IMG/VR virus record: IMGVR_UViG_3300049138_000106
Span: 1-41,273 of that record
Source of the DNA: a virus
Taxonomy: Duplodnaviria > Caudoviricetes
Length of the DNA stretch: 41,273 nucleotides
Direction: 5' to 3' (one strand)
A program made the translations under genes and the position numbers. The notes beneath the pieces are model-generated. The model was not told the DNA's origin. It did no database searches and saw nothing but the letters and a program-made list of their open reading frames with translations. Each line of letters begins with the position of its first letter. Position 1 is the first letter of the stretch. This document shows positions 10,101 to 17,596 of the stretch, piece by piece.

Positions 10101-10381
10101 GCCGTTCCGAGTCCGAGGTCGAGCGGGCTGCCCGCTCGCTCGCGAGCACGGTCGTGGTCGGGGTCTCCGGTGTGCAGGACGCGCTCGCGTCCGACGCCTG
10201 GGCGGCCGACTTCAACGCCCGGGTGAACTCCGAACTCGCGCAGAACGACGCGGTCGAGGCGGGCGCGGCAGGGAAGCAGGTCACGATCCACACCGAGATC
10301 CACAACCCGCTCCCCGAGACCGGCAGTGACTCGGTCGCGCAGACGCACCGGCGCCAGGCCGCGATGGGGATCTTCGGATGA
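7190..10381 (+). CDS. Tape measure protein
   Basis: 1063 aa, Ala-rich and helical. EVGRVSVRVVP N-terminus, about 11-aa periodic repeats, RSPSK motif near the C-terminus. Confidence 0.93.
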   Translation: MSVTGPGGDEVGRVSVRVVPNTSGFRRELQRELEAIERSLKLEIPVGFDVDTAGLRAQLAALDNARVTIPVEVGDGSEIERLRARLQALDNAQITIPVDLDLRNLERADAVLRRLDGRSVRMNVRLNGVRQAIRDLTALDAIVRRLDGRNISINIDVDAAAAVAQIAAIEAALVGVRASLGSVGTSGGRAFGPGSPLLSGATQLVGLLLQVGALSLGLAVAGAAVTAAWGAVSTAVLAIPAALGLVAGPIAAIAAGMEGIERAAKTIKPQFDALRASVAATFERGMIPVFRTLATTFPTLTAGLNGIAQAMSTVALRTAEWIASAPGLALLRQNMENIRVAVLGMQPGLQNILSSILQLGAQSSVMDALRVAVNEFGASFRANVTQLIGDGTLDRAMRGLRDMLVELGQGFSDLVSNGLEVFAAAAPGVNKFLDSLSTFFNRFNWDSLGRSVGNVFRGLGETLDGVDTGTIRKIEDAFSRLGDLFRDQKFQDDLRKMVDGLPAAIDQIRAFAKDFAALGADISAAMQGFNTVDQKFREFTDGFTKSAEDLGKALGLHGEEGTIGDWLRKLDDSIDEALGIIEDDGYDMGKALREGFERGMNGIEPQFGSVDGEGWLPDIGELLKDWFSPEDTDLDEKFTDLETEIRDGMDPLDDIARLAMEQVKLVVQTGFAQLLPIATLALVALQTAFTNGFLAIGAGASLAMNTLVNTLTLGFVLMQTAVANGMLLLQTAFTTGWTLVQLAVDTGLLAMRTAFSEAFLQMQTDATNGMLLFAAAILAGFAVVVPAVTLGMTQIVLAVQLGFQQIVSAVQTGMQQVTEALQLNWGLGVSATQAAMAQMTAAVQAGMSQMVSAVQTGAQQMVSEMQAAMEQLRSAVQVGMSDAEAEVRAGIQEMNATLKTAPPLFYAAGRDMGQGLVDGLNSMLGAVRAAAAALGAAAASAMRAAAQVRSPSKLTTYYGEMMGAGLALGMRRSESEVERAARSLASTVVVGVSGVQDALASDAWAADFNARVNSELAQNDAVEAGAAGKQVTIHTEIHNPLPETGSDSVAQTHRRQAAMGIFG

Positions 10382-11268
10382 GCACCTACCCACCGGTCTA
10401 CCCGCCGTTCTACCCGACCACCGACCCGCCGCCACCCCCGGTTCCGGAACAGCTGCTGGTCAACGGGGTCGACCTGGGCTCGTACTGCTACATGACTTCG
10501 GACGTGTCCGGTCTGCTGACCGTGCCGGGTCGGCGTGGCGCGGACTCGGTCGTCCCCGGACGGCACGGGCGGATCCGAACCCCGGGCAAGCGGTTCGACG
10601 CGGGCGAGATCGTGCTGCCGATGTGGGTGGTCGGCGCCCGGCCCGACGGCACCCCGCCGTCCGGTGGCGAAGAACGCGAGTTCTTCCGTCGTCGGGACGA
10701 TCTGTTGCGGCTGTTCCACGCCGACGACGTGGAGCTGTCCTGGCGGCGCCCGGACGGGGTCACGCTCACGACCACGGTCGAGGTCGTGGACGTCATGGAC
10801 TTCACTCGGCGCTGGGCCGAGCCGCTGGCGCAGGTGTCGATCGCGCTGCGCCTCACGGACGCGTTCTGGACCGAGGACGTGGACGTGGCCCAGACCATCA
10901 CCGGGGTCACCGGCACGACCGCGAACCTGACCCTGTTCCAGGGCTCCACGGCCCCGATCGCGGACGCGGTCATCCGGTTCATCGGTCCGGTGAACAACCC
11001 GCGGCTGGCGATCGGTGAGCGGTGGGTGCAGTTCAACGGCGTGATCTCGGCCGGGCGCGAGCTCGTGCTCGAGTGCGAGCACTGGCGGGCGTCGCCCGGG
11101 GTCGGAGACCCCTGGTCGCCGCCGGTCACCCAGGTCTACCGCGAGCCCGGCCCGGCCTGGCTCGAGTTCCCGCCGTCCCTGACCCCGCTGACGGCGACCT
11201 TCACTCACACCGGCGGCGGTAACGCGAGCGTGGAGATTTCAGGGCAGCGGAAATTCCTCACCGCTTAG
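10378..11268 (+). CDS. Distal tail (Dit-like) protein
   Basis: Immediately after the tape measure gene (ATGA overlap); RRGADSVVPGRHG pattern. Extra N-terminal YPPVYPPFYP peptide. Confidence 0.8.
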   Translation: MSTYPPVYPPFYPTTDPPPPPVPEQLLVNGVDLGSYCYMTSDVSGLLTVPGRRGADSVVPGRHGRIRTPGKRFDAGEIVLPMWVVGARPDGTPPSGGEEREFFRRRDDLLRLFHADDVELSWRRPDGVTLTTTVEVVDVMDFTRRWAEPLAQVSIALRLTDAFWTEDVDVAQTITGVTGTTANLTLFQGSTAPIADAVIRFIGPVNNPRLAIGERWVQFNGVISAGRELVLECEHWRASPGVGDPWSPPVTQVYREPGPAWLEFPPSLTPLTATFTHTGGGNASVEISGQRKFLTA

Positions 11269-11851
11269 CGGCGTAGGCCTCTCGCCGCCGTCGATTAATC
11301 TCATCTCGGTTGGCTGCGTTCCACTGGCGCTTCCTGTCCCGGAGGCAAGGCCTGCACTGCCAGTGGCCATCCGCGTTCCGTGCAATCGGGTGGCCACGCT
11401 TGCATGTAGTCCGGCGGTCTCGTCCTCGCTTCAGGTTCTCAGGCTGGTTCACTACCTCGAGGTGCGCCGGGTTGACGCACGCACGATGCGGGCAGGTGGA
11501 ACCGCCCGGGCATGTGGCAGCACGGGTGTGACACGTGTGGTCGACCTGCCTCCCTGTCGGGATGGGTCCGACGTGCTGCTCGTAGGCCCAGCGATGGGCT
11601 AGCTGAGAGCCGGTCCAGCCGTAGCCGTTCCGACGGCGTACATGGCCAGGCCAGGGCCAGCATGCCGACGGGTCGGTTTTGTCGATCAAGGCGAACCATT
11701 CCGTAGGGCTGCGCTTCGGACGGGCGAACTCGTCCAGGCGGTCATGGAACCGCAAGTACTCGTAGCAACGGCGACAGAGTCCCCGGCCGTGGATCTTCGC
11801 CATTTGATCGCATCTCAAGCAGGAACGGTGCGGTCTTTCGCGGGACGTCAC
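11258..11851 (-). CDS. HNH homing endonuclease-like protein (antisense insertion)
   Basis: CWPWPG...GYG...AHRWAYE...VDHTC...CVNPAHLEVV...EN, with flanking CxxC zinc motifs; lower GC than neighbours. Confidence 0.88.
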   Translation of the reverse strand: MTSRERPHRSCLRCDQMAKIHGRGLCRRCYEYLRFHDRLDEFARPKRSPTEWFALIDKTDPSACWPWPGHVRRRNGYGWTGSQLAHRWAYEQHVGPIPTGRQVDHTCHTRAATCPGGSTCPHRACVNPAHLEVVNQPENLKRGRDRRTTCKRGHPIARNADGHWQCRPCLRDRKRQWNAANRDEINRRRREAYAAKR

Positions 11852-11888
11852 ATGGATCAGTTTACATCACTGCGTAGAGAAGGGCGCC

Positions 11889-12323
11889 ATGTCGACCTTG
11901 TATGACCCAGCCCGAGAGGGCTTCCTAAAGGGCGAGATCGTCTGGAAGGTCGACGGCTCGGTCATCAAGGCGAGCCTGGTCCGCGGCTACACGTTCTCGG
12001 TCACCCACCGGTACCTGTCCGAGGTGATCGGGGCGGGGGGCGTGATCGTGGCCACCGAGACGCTCGGTTCGCTCACCAACGCGAACGGCGTCGCGGACGC
12101 GGCCGACGCGGTCTGGGAGGGAGTCCCAGAGGGTCCGGCGATCAACAGCGTCGTGATCTACCAGGCCTCGGCCGTGACCGGCGGGGTGGACCTGCCCGCG
12201 GCCTCACAGCGACTGATCGCGCACGTGGACCGCGGGTCAGGTGTCGCGCTGTCGATCCTGCCCAATGGGCAGGACGTGACCGGTCGCTGGTCTCCCGGTA
12301 GTGACCGCGTGTTCCGCATCTAA
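11889..12323 (+). CDS. Conserved phage tail-region structural/adaptor protein
   Basis: GAAGGG RBS. LYDPAREGFL...GVADAAD...LIAHVD...PNGQD..W..VFRI pattern that I recall from phage tail modules. Confidence 0.7.
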   Translation: MSTLYDPAREGFLKGEIVWKVDGSVIKASLVRGYTFSVTHRYLSEVIGAGGVIVATETLGSLTNANGVADAADAVWEGVPEGPAINSVVIYQASAVTGGVDLPAASQRLIAHVDRGSGVALSILPNGQDVTGRWSPGSDRVFRI

Positions 12324-12332
12324 GGAGAGAAC

Positions 12333-13598
12333 GTGGTCAACCGGTACACCCCGTACGCCTGGGTCGACGGCGAGCTCGTCACGGCCGACCAGGGCGCGAA
12401 CCGCTGGGAGCAGGGGATCGAGGCCGTGGACGTCGGCCTGGACACGGCCGAGGCCCGGCTGGACGCGATCCAGGCGCAGTTGGCGTCGGTCTCGGCCAGC
12501 CGGATGGTCTCCGGAACGACGGCGCAGCGCCCGCAGCCGGCCGTGGGCATGCAGTACTTCGACACCACCTTGAACAAGCCGATCTACGGCGACGGAACCG
12601 CGTGGCGCGACGGGACCGGCGCACTGCTGACCGGCTCGGGTTCGTCGTCCGCGCCGACCGGGATGACCGCGGTCACGCAGTCGGATAACTCGATCGTGCT
12701 GACCTGGAACCCGGTCCCGGGCGCGAGCCATTACAAGCTCTACGAGATCGCTTCGCCGTCCGGCGTGTCCGGGGCGGACAACCTCACCACGACCACCAGC
12801 ACCCGGACCCCGTCCACGATGCGCACCTACGAGTACTGGGTGACCGCGTTCGTCGGCGGCGTGGAGTCGGCCCAGTCCAACCACGCGACCGCGACCCTGC
12901 CCTTCGGCGGTGGTGGAGGCGGCACCGTGGGCGGTTCGCCGGCGCAGGTGCTCGCGCTCGGCGCGGGCGGCGGCAAGTGGAACCTGGGCGTGGGCTACCC
13001 GTCCGGGCACGTGGACATCTCGCCGTCCCAGCTCGAGGGCGGCTGGAGCGAGGCCCCGTACTTCTACACCACCTCGGACGGTGCTCGGGTGCACTTCCAG
13101 GTGCCCATGAACGGCGGCCGGACGAGCTCGAACACGAAGTACCCGCGCACCGAGCTGCGCGAGTACATCGGTAGCTCGAAGGCGGCCTGGAACGGGTCGT
13201 CGGGCACGCACGTGCTGTCCTACCGGGCGACGGTCATCCACATGGAGGACGACAAGCCCGAGATGGTCATCGGGCAGATGCACGACGGGTCGGACGACAC
13301 CCTGCAGATCCGCTGCGAGGGCACCACCTGGCGGGCGTCGATCAACGGCACCGAGCACTCCACGACCCTGGGCAACTTCCCCTGGGGGACCGAGGTCGCG
13401 ATCGAGATCCGGGTGTCCAACGGGACCTTGACCATCAAGGTCAACGGCACCACGAAGATCACGGCCAACCCGGGGTACGGGTCGGGTCAGTACTTCAAGC
13501 TGGGCTGCTACGCCCAGCAGAACTCGACCGACCAGAACAACCCGGCCAACGGGTACGCGTCCTGCCAGATCCGCGACGTCGTGGTCAGTCACTCCTGA
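12333..13598 (+). CDS. Fibre-anchored FN3 + PL7-like (alginate lyase family) protein
   Basis: N-terminal YTPYAWVDG..NRWEQG anchor plus coiled coil, then FN3 (LTWNPVPGASHYKLY). PL7 motifs YPRTELRE, QMH, YFKLGCYAQ. Confidence 0.82.
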   Translation: MVNRYTPYAWVDGELVTADQGANRWEQGIEAVDVGLDTAEARLDAIQAQLASVSASRMVSGTTAQRPQPAVGMQYFDTTLNKPIYGDGTAWRDGTGALLTGSGSSSAPTGMTAVTQSDNSIVLTWNPVPGASHYKLYEIASPSGVSGADNLTTTTSTRTPSTMRTYEYWVTAFVGGVESAQSNHATATLPFGGGGGGTVGGSPAQVLALGAGGGKWNLGVGYPSGHVDISPSQLEGGWSEAPYFYTTSDGARVHFQVPMNGGRTSSNTKYPRTELREYIGSSKAAWNGSSGTHVLSYRATVIHMEDDKPEMVIGQMHDGSDDTLQIRCEGTTWRASINGTEHSTTLGNFPWGTEVAIEIRVSNGTLTIKVNGTTKITANPGYGSGQYFKLGCYAQQNSTDQNNPANGYASCQIRDVVVSHS

Positions 13599-13599
13599 G

Positions 13600-13773
13600 C
13601 TACGAGCCCGATTTGGGCGTGGGATGCCCGTCGCGTCGGCGAATTCGGATCACTACACATTCGGCTGAGCAGTAGTTCTCACCGTCTTCGCGCCAGATGA
13701 CGCCGTCGGAGTCATCGCCCGGCCAGGCCCCGAAGTCCTCGTGGCACTCAGGACAGATCTTGGTTTCGCCCAT
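13600..13773 (-). CDS. 57-aa zinc-finger-like protein (not in ORF track)
   Basis: MGETKICPECHEDFGAWPGDDSDGVIWREDGENYCSAECVVIRIRRRDGHPTPKSGS. CxxC...YCSxxC motif; TACTCT lies 6 nt upstream of the ATG. Confidence 0.7.
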   Translation of the reverse strand: MGETKICPECHEDFGAWPGDDSDGVIWREDGENYCSAECVVIRIRRRDGHPTPKSGS

Positions 13774-13793
13774 GACCACAGAGTAGGAGCCGC

Positions 13794-15434
13794 GTGGCCA
13801 TCTACCCGCTCGCGTTCCCGGACGGGACCCCGTACCCGGTCATCCCGGCCGGGACCAGCGTGGTCAACGTGTCGACGTCGAACCAGCTGGTCACTGCACT
13901 GTCCAACGCGGTGGCCGGGCAGCGGATCGTGCTCGCCAACGGGACCTATTCCGGGGCGTTCTCGATGTCCGGGCGGACCGGCACGGCGACGGCCGGGATC
14001 TCGGTCGAGGCGGCCAACGTCGGTGGCGCGCTGATCGCGTCCGGGTCGTCGTTCCGGATCACCAACTGCACCTACGTGACTGTGTCCGGTCTGATGTGGA
14101 ACTGGCAGGGGAGTGGCGAGACGTTCCAGTTCCGCGGCAACTCCCACCACTGCCGCCTGACCCGCTGCACGTTCGGGCCGACGTCGCACAGTGAGTCGAG
14201 CGACGTCCAGACCTGGATCTTCGCCGGGGACGACTGCTACCACATCCGGATCGACCACAACGAGATCCGGAACAAGGGCACGTCCGGCAACGGCGTGCGG
14301 GTCTACGGCTCGTTCGCCAAGGTCGACGCCGGGCAGGGTTCGTCCGCGGGCTGCCGGTGGGTGCGGATCGATCACAACATCTTCCGCTCGATCAAGCCCG
14401 AGGTCGGCAACGACAAGGAGCCGGTGCGCTACGGCGTGTCGACCATGTCGCGCACCATCGCCAACGGGGTGATCGAGCGCAACGTCTTCCACGACTGCGT
14501 GTGCGAGCCCGAGGTCATCTCGGTGAAGATGGGCGGCATCCGGACCACCGGTAACACGATCCTGCAGAGCATCGGCGGGCCGGTGATCCGACACGGCACC
14601 AACTCGATCATGTCCGACAACTACGTGATCGACGACCCGGCCGGCAGCGGCCCACCGCCCGCCCCGACGCAGACCCTCGGCGTGGGCGGCGTGGAGACCC
14701 CGCCCGGCGCGATCCTCACGACCGGGAACTCCACCTCGACGCTGACCATCACCACGTCGGGGACGGCGTCGGCGCAGCGGGTGTACGACGGGCAGGGCTT
14801 CACCGTCAAGAAGATCGACATCCAGGCGAACTACGTCACGGTGCAGAACTTCCGCATCCGGGGCGCGGGCAACTCCGGGGTGTACTCGGTCGGCACCGGG
14901 AATGTGATCCAGAACAACGACATTGCCCAGGTCAACGAGGGCGGCGTCGGGGACATCAACGGGATCACGTTCTTCGGCGACGGCCACAAGATCCTCTACA
15001 ACGCGATCGGTGAGTCCGACTTCCTCGCGACGGGCGACCTGGCGGGCAGTCACACCGACGGGATCCAGACCTGGAACACGCCCTCGAAGCGGTCCAGCTC
15101 GTCCGTCACGATCAAGGGCAACCACATCACCGGCCCGCCGCAGTCGGACGAGCGCTACATCCACCAGGGCGTGATGGCCCAGGGCAAGGCGGCCACGGAC
15201 GGCGGCGGGGGCGGGACCGGGACGAGCACGGGCTGGCTGGTCGAGGGCAACTACTTCAAGACGTACGGCAACCAGTGCCTGAAGTTCGACGACATCCACA
15301 ACGTGCAGATCACGAAGAACCACTTCGACGGGGCCTGCAACAAGATCGTGGCCACCGGCGACTTCTCAACCGGCATCACCTTCGGCAACGACAACATCAT
15401 CACCGGCAACTACGGATCGCAGGTCGGGGACTGA
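13794..15434 (+). CDS. N-terminal part of PL6/chondroitinase-B-like lyase fused to a second right-handed beta-helix domain
   Basis: AGGAG RBS. IVLANGTY, RIDHN, GNDKEPVRYG, EPEVISVK, IRHG are PL6 Ca/Lys/Arg motifs. Then linker PAGSGPPPAP and a beta-helix with HTDGIQ. Confidence 0.8.
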   Translation: MAIYPLAFPDGTPYPVIPAGTSVVNVSTSNQLVTALSNAVAGQRIVLANGTYSGAFSMSGRTGTATAGISVEAANVGGALIASGSSFRITNCTYVTVSGLMWNWQGSGETFQFRGNSHHCRLTRCTFGPTSHSESSDVQTWIFAGDDCYHIRIDHNEIRNKGTSGNGVRVYGSFAKVDAGQGSSAGCRWVRIDHNIFRSIKPEVGNDKEPVRYGVSTMSRTIANGVIERNVFHDCVCEPEVISVKMGGIRTTGNTILQSIGGPVIRHGTNSIMSDNYVIDDPAGSGPPPAPTQTLGVGGVETPPGAILTTGNSTSTLTITTSGTASAQRVYDGQGFTVKKIDIQANYVTVQNFRIRGAGNSGVYSVGTGNVIQNNDIAQVNEGGVGDINGITFFGDGHKILYNAIGESDFLATGDLAGSHTDGIQTWNTPSKRSSSSVTIKGNHITGPPQSDERYIHQGVMAQGKAATDGGGGGTGTSTGWLVEGNYFKTYGNQCLKFDDIHNVQITKNHFDGACNKIVATGDFSTGITFGNDNIITGNYGSQVGD

Positions 15435-17569
15435 TGGCCACGTTCGGCACGACCATCGGCTCGGGCGGGATCCGGTTCTACGACGCCGACCACGAGATCG
15501 CCTACAACTACATCCAGGGCGTGTACGGCGGCAACTACCAGGGTCCCCTGCTCCTCGACACGGGCGACGCCGAGGGCAGCTCGACGAACCTGTCCGGGCA
15601 CTGGCGTGTGATCGGCGCGATGGTCGAGCGCAACGTGCTGGTGAACAACCCCGAGGGCATCCGGATCGGCGACAACTACTCGTCGACCCCGCGCGACTGC
15701 ACGATCCGGGACAACATCGTGGTCGACGCCGACACCGGCGCGGCCATCACCCAGCGGATCGCCCCGTCGAACACGGTGATGACCAACAACGCCTACTACG
15801 CCAACACCGGCGCGGCCGGCATGACCCAGGGCGCGGACGGGATCTGGCGCAAGCCCGGCTACGGGCCGCGCCTGACCTACCTGGGCCTGGCCGACGTCGG
15901 CCCGGCCGGGGACCTGGGCGACACCGACGGCACCGGGGCCGAGGTCGGCGGGGGCGGCACACCGGTCGCGGTGCCGGGCGACGTGCTGAACATCGGCGCC
16001 GAGGCCGGTGAGAACCACTTCAGCCTGCAGTACGCCGAGAACGGCGCGGCCACGATCTCGACCGCGTCCCTGGCTAAGATCGCCGCCGGGTTCTCGGCCG
16101 ATCCGTACTTCAAGGTCGTCACGAACACCATCAACGACGTAGCGGTGCCCGCGGTCCAGTTTCAGGTCCGCGCCGACGCGGCCACCACGAGCGGCTCCAC
16201 CGACCCGCGTTCGGAGCTGCGTGAGACTCGCGCGGACGGGTCCGAGATGGCGTTCGACGCCATGCAGGGCGACCACACGCTGCACACCCGAGTGCGCATC
16301 ACGCACCTGCCCGCGGCCGACCCCGAGGTCGTGGTCGCGCAACTGCACAACGGCGTGACCGGCGACCGGATCGCCATCCGGACCCAGTTGATCAGCGGGG
16401 AGACCAAGCTCCTGTGCCGGATCAACGGCGTCCAGGCCGATCCTCGCCTCGACGAGTTCTACGTGACCGGCGACGAGTTCGAGGTCGAGATCCGGGTCCT
16501 CGACGGCGGCCGGGTGGAGGTCTACTACCAGGGCTCCACGCTGCCGATCAACACCGGACAGCTCGAACCGTCCGGGGCGGGCGCGTCCTGGTATTGGAAG
16601 GTCGGCGCCTACGCGGCCTTCAACGAGACCACCGTCTCGGCCACCGAGTACGTCTCGGTCGAGCACCGGGACCTGTGGGTCACCCACGGCGGGGCCCGGG
16701 TCAGCGCGGGCCCGGACCTGTCCGTGGTCCGCGGTCAGCCGGTCACCATCCCCGCGGTCGAGGTTGGCCTGACCGGGGTCACCGCGCGGCGCTGGCGGAT
16801 CGTGTCCCAGCCGGCGCCGCCCGGTCCCGGCCCGGGTCCTAGTCCGGATCTGACCCAGGCCGCGGTCCGGCACGGCTGGGGCACGCCGCACGCGCTGTCG
16901 GACGAGTTCGACTACGAGGGCACGCCGAACTCGACCAAGTGGAAGCTCCCGGGCGCGGACTGGGCCGGCCACAACGGCAACGGTCGTCGGCGGCCGGAGC
17001 GTCAGACCGTGACCGGCGGCAAGTTCATCATGACCGGGCTGCAGAACGGCGATACCGGGTGGTGTCAGCACCGGCTCGACGTGCAGTACGGGCGCTGGGA
17101 GGCGCGCGTCCGGTCCTTCGCCGGAGCGCCGTCCGCGGGCGAGCCGGACAACACCTCAAACGGGAACGACTACCACCCGCTCCTGTTGCTCTGGCCGCAG
17201 TCGAACTCGCGCCAGACCGACGGCGAGTACGACTTTATGGAGAACGGCGCGCCGGGCGAGTCCACGCTCGAGGCCTTCATCCACTACCCGCACCCGCAGA
17301 CGTCCGTGGTGCAACAGGAGCACTTCGAGCGACCCAACTCGTCCTTGCACCTGTTCCACAACATCGCCATGGAGTGGACCAGCCAGCACATCAAGGGGTT
17401 CTTCGACGGCGTCGAGTGGTTCTCGGTCTCGGGAGGCGCCAACAGCGTGCGGCGTGACATCCAGACCATGCCCGCGGGCCACCTGGTGATCCAGCTCGAC
17501 AACTTCGACGGGACGAACCAGACCCCGGCCACGATGGAGCTGGAATGGTTCCGTTATTACAGTCTGTAG
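15434..17569 (+). CDS. Multidomain protein: PL6 C-terminal part + PL7-like + half PKD/Ig domain + GH16-like
   Basis: Start ATG 15434 (TGATG coupling). GGIRFYDADHEIAYNY; PRSELRE/QLH/YWKVGAY; SAGPDLSV...WRIVS; DEFD, YGRWEAR, EYDFME (GH16 ExDxxE). Confidence 0.8.
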   Translation: MATFGTTIGSGGIRFYDADHEIAYNYIQGVYGGNYQGPLLLDTGDAEGSSTNLSGHWRVIGAMVERNVLVNNPEGIRIGDNYSSTPRDCTIRDNIVVDADTGAAITQRIAPSNTVMTNNAYYANTGAAGMTQGADGIWRKPGYGPRLTYLGLADVGPAGDLGDTDGTGAEVGGGGTPVAVPGDVLNIGAEAGENHFSLQYAENGAATISTASLAKIAAGFSADPYFKVVTNTINDVAVPAVQFQVRADAATTSGSTDPRSELRETRADGSEMAFDAMQGDHTLHTRVRITHLPAADPEVVVAQLHNGVTGDRIAIRTQLISGETKLLCRINGVQADPRLDEFYVTGDEFEVEIRVLDGGRVEVYYQGSTLPINTGQLEPSGAGASWYWKVGAYAAFNETTVSATEYVSVEHRDLWVTHGGARVSAGPDLSVVRGQPVTIPAVEVGLTGVTARRWRIVSQPAPPGPGPGPSPDLTQAAVRHGWGTPHALSDEFDYEGTPNSTKWKLPGADWAGHNGNGRRRPERQTVTGGKFIMTGLQNGDTGWCQHRLDVQYGRWEARVRSFAGAPSAGEPDNTSNGNDYHPLLLLWPQSNSRQTDGEYDFMENGAPGESTLEAFIHYPHPQTSVVQQEHFERPNSSLHLFHNIAMEWTSQHIKGFFDGVEWFSVSGGANSVRRDIQTMPAGHLVIQLDNFDGTNQTPATMELEWFRYYSL

Positions 17570-17596
17570 TGATTTGAAGGCGAGGAGCTACAGCCT

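Noticed and set aside
15275-15433. N-terminal extension of the 764-aa ORF
   Set aside because: Arg/His-rich off-frame overlap with gene 13794; ATG 15434 in TGATG is the credible start.
14634-17596. Self-splicing introns or inteins explaining the two split domains
   Set aside because: The inserts are fully coding glycanase-like domains in frame with the upstream part and end in stops. I see no intein C/S...HN termini, intron-encoded nuclease or RT, or obvious ribozyme core. Not formally excluded without RT-PCR.
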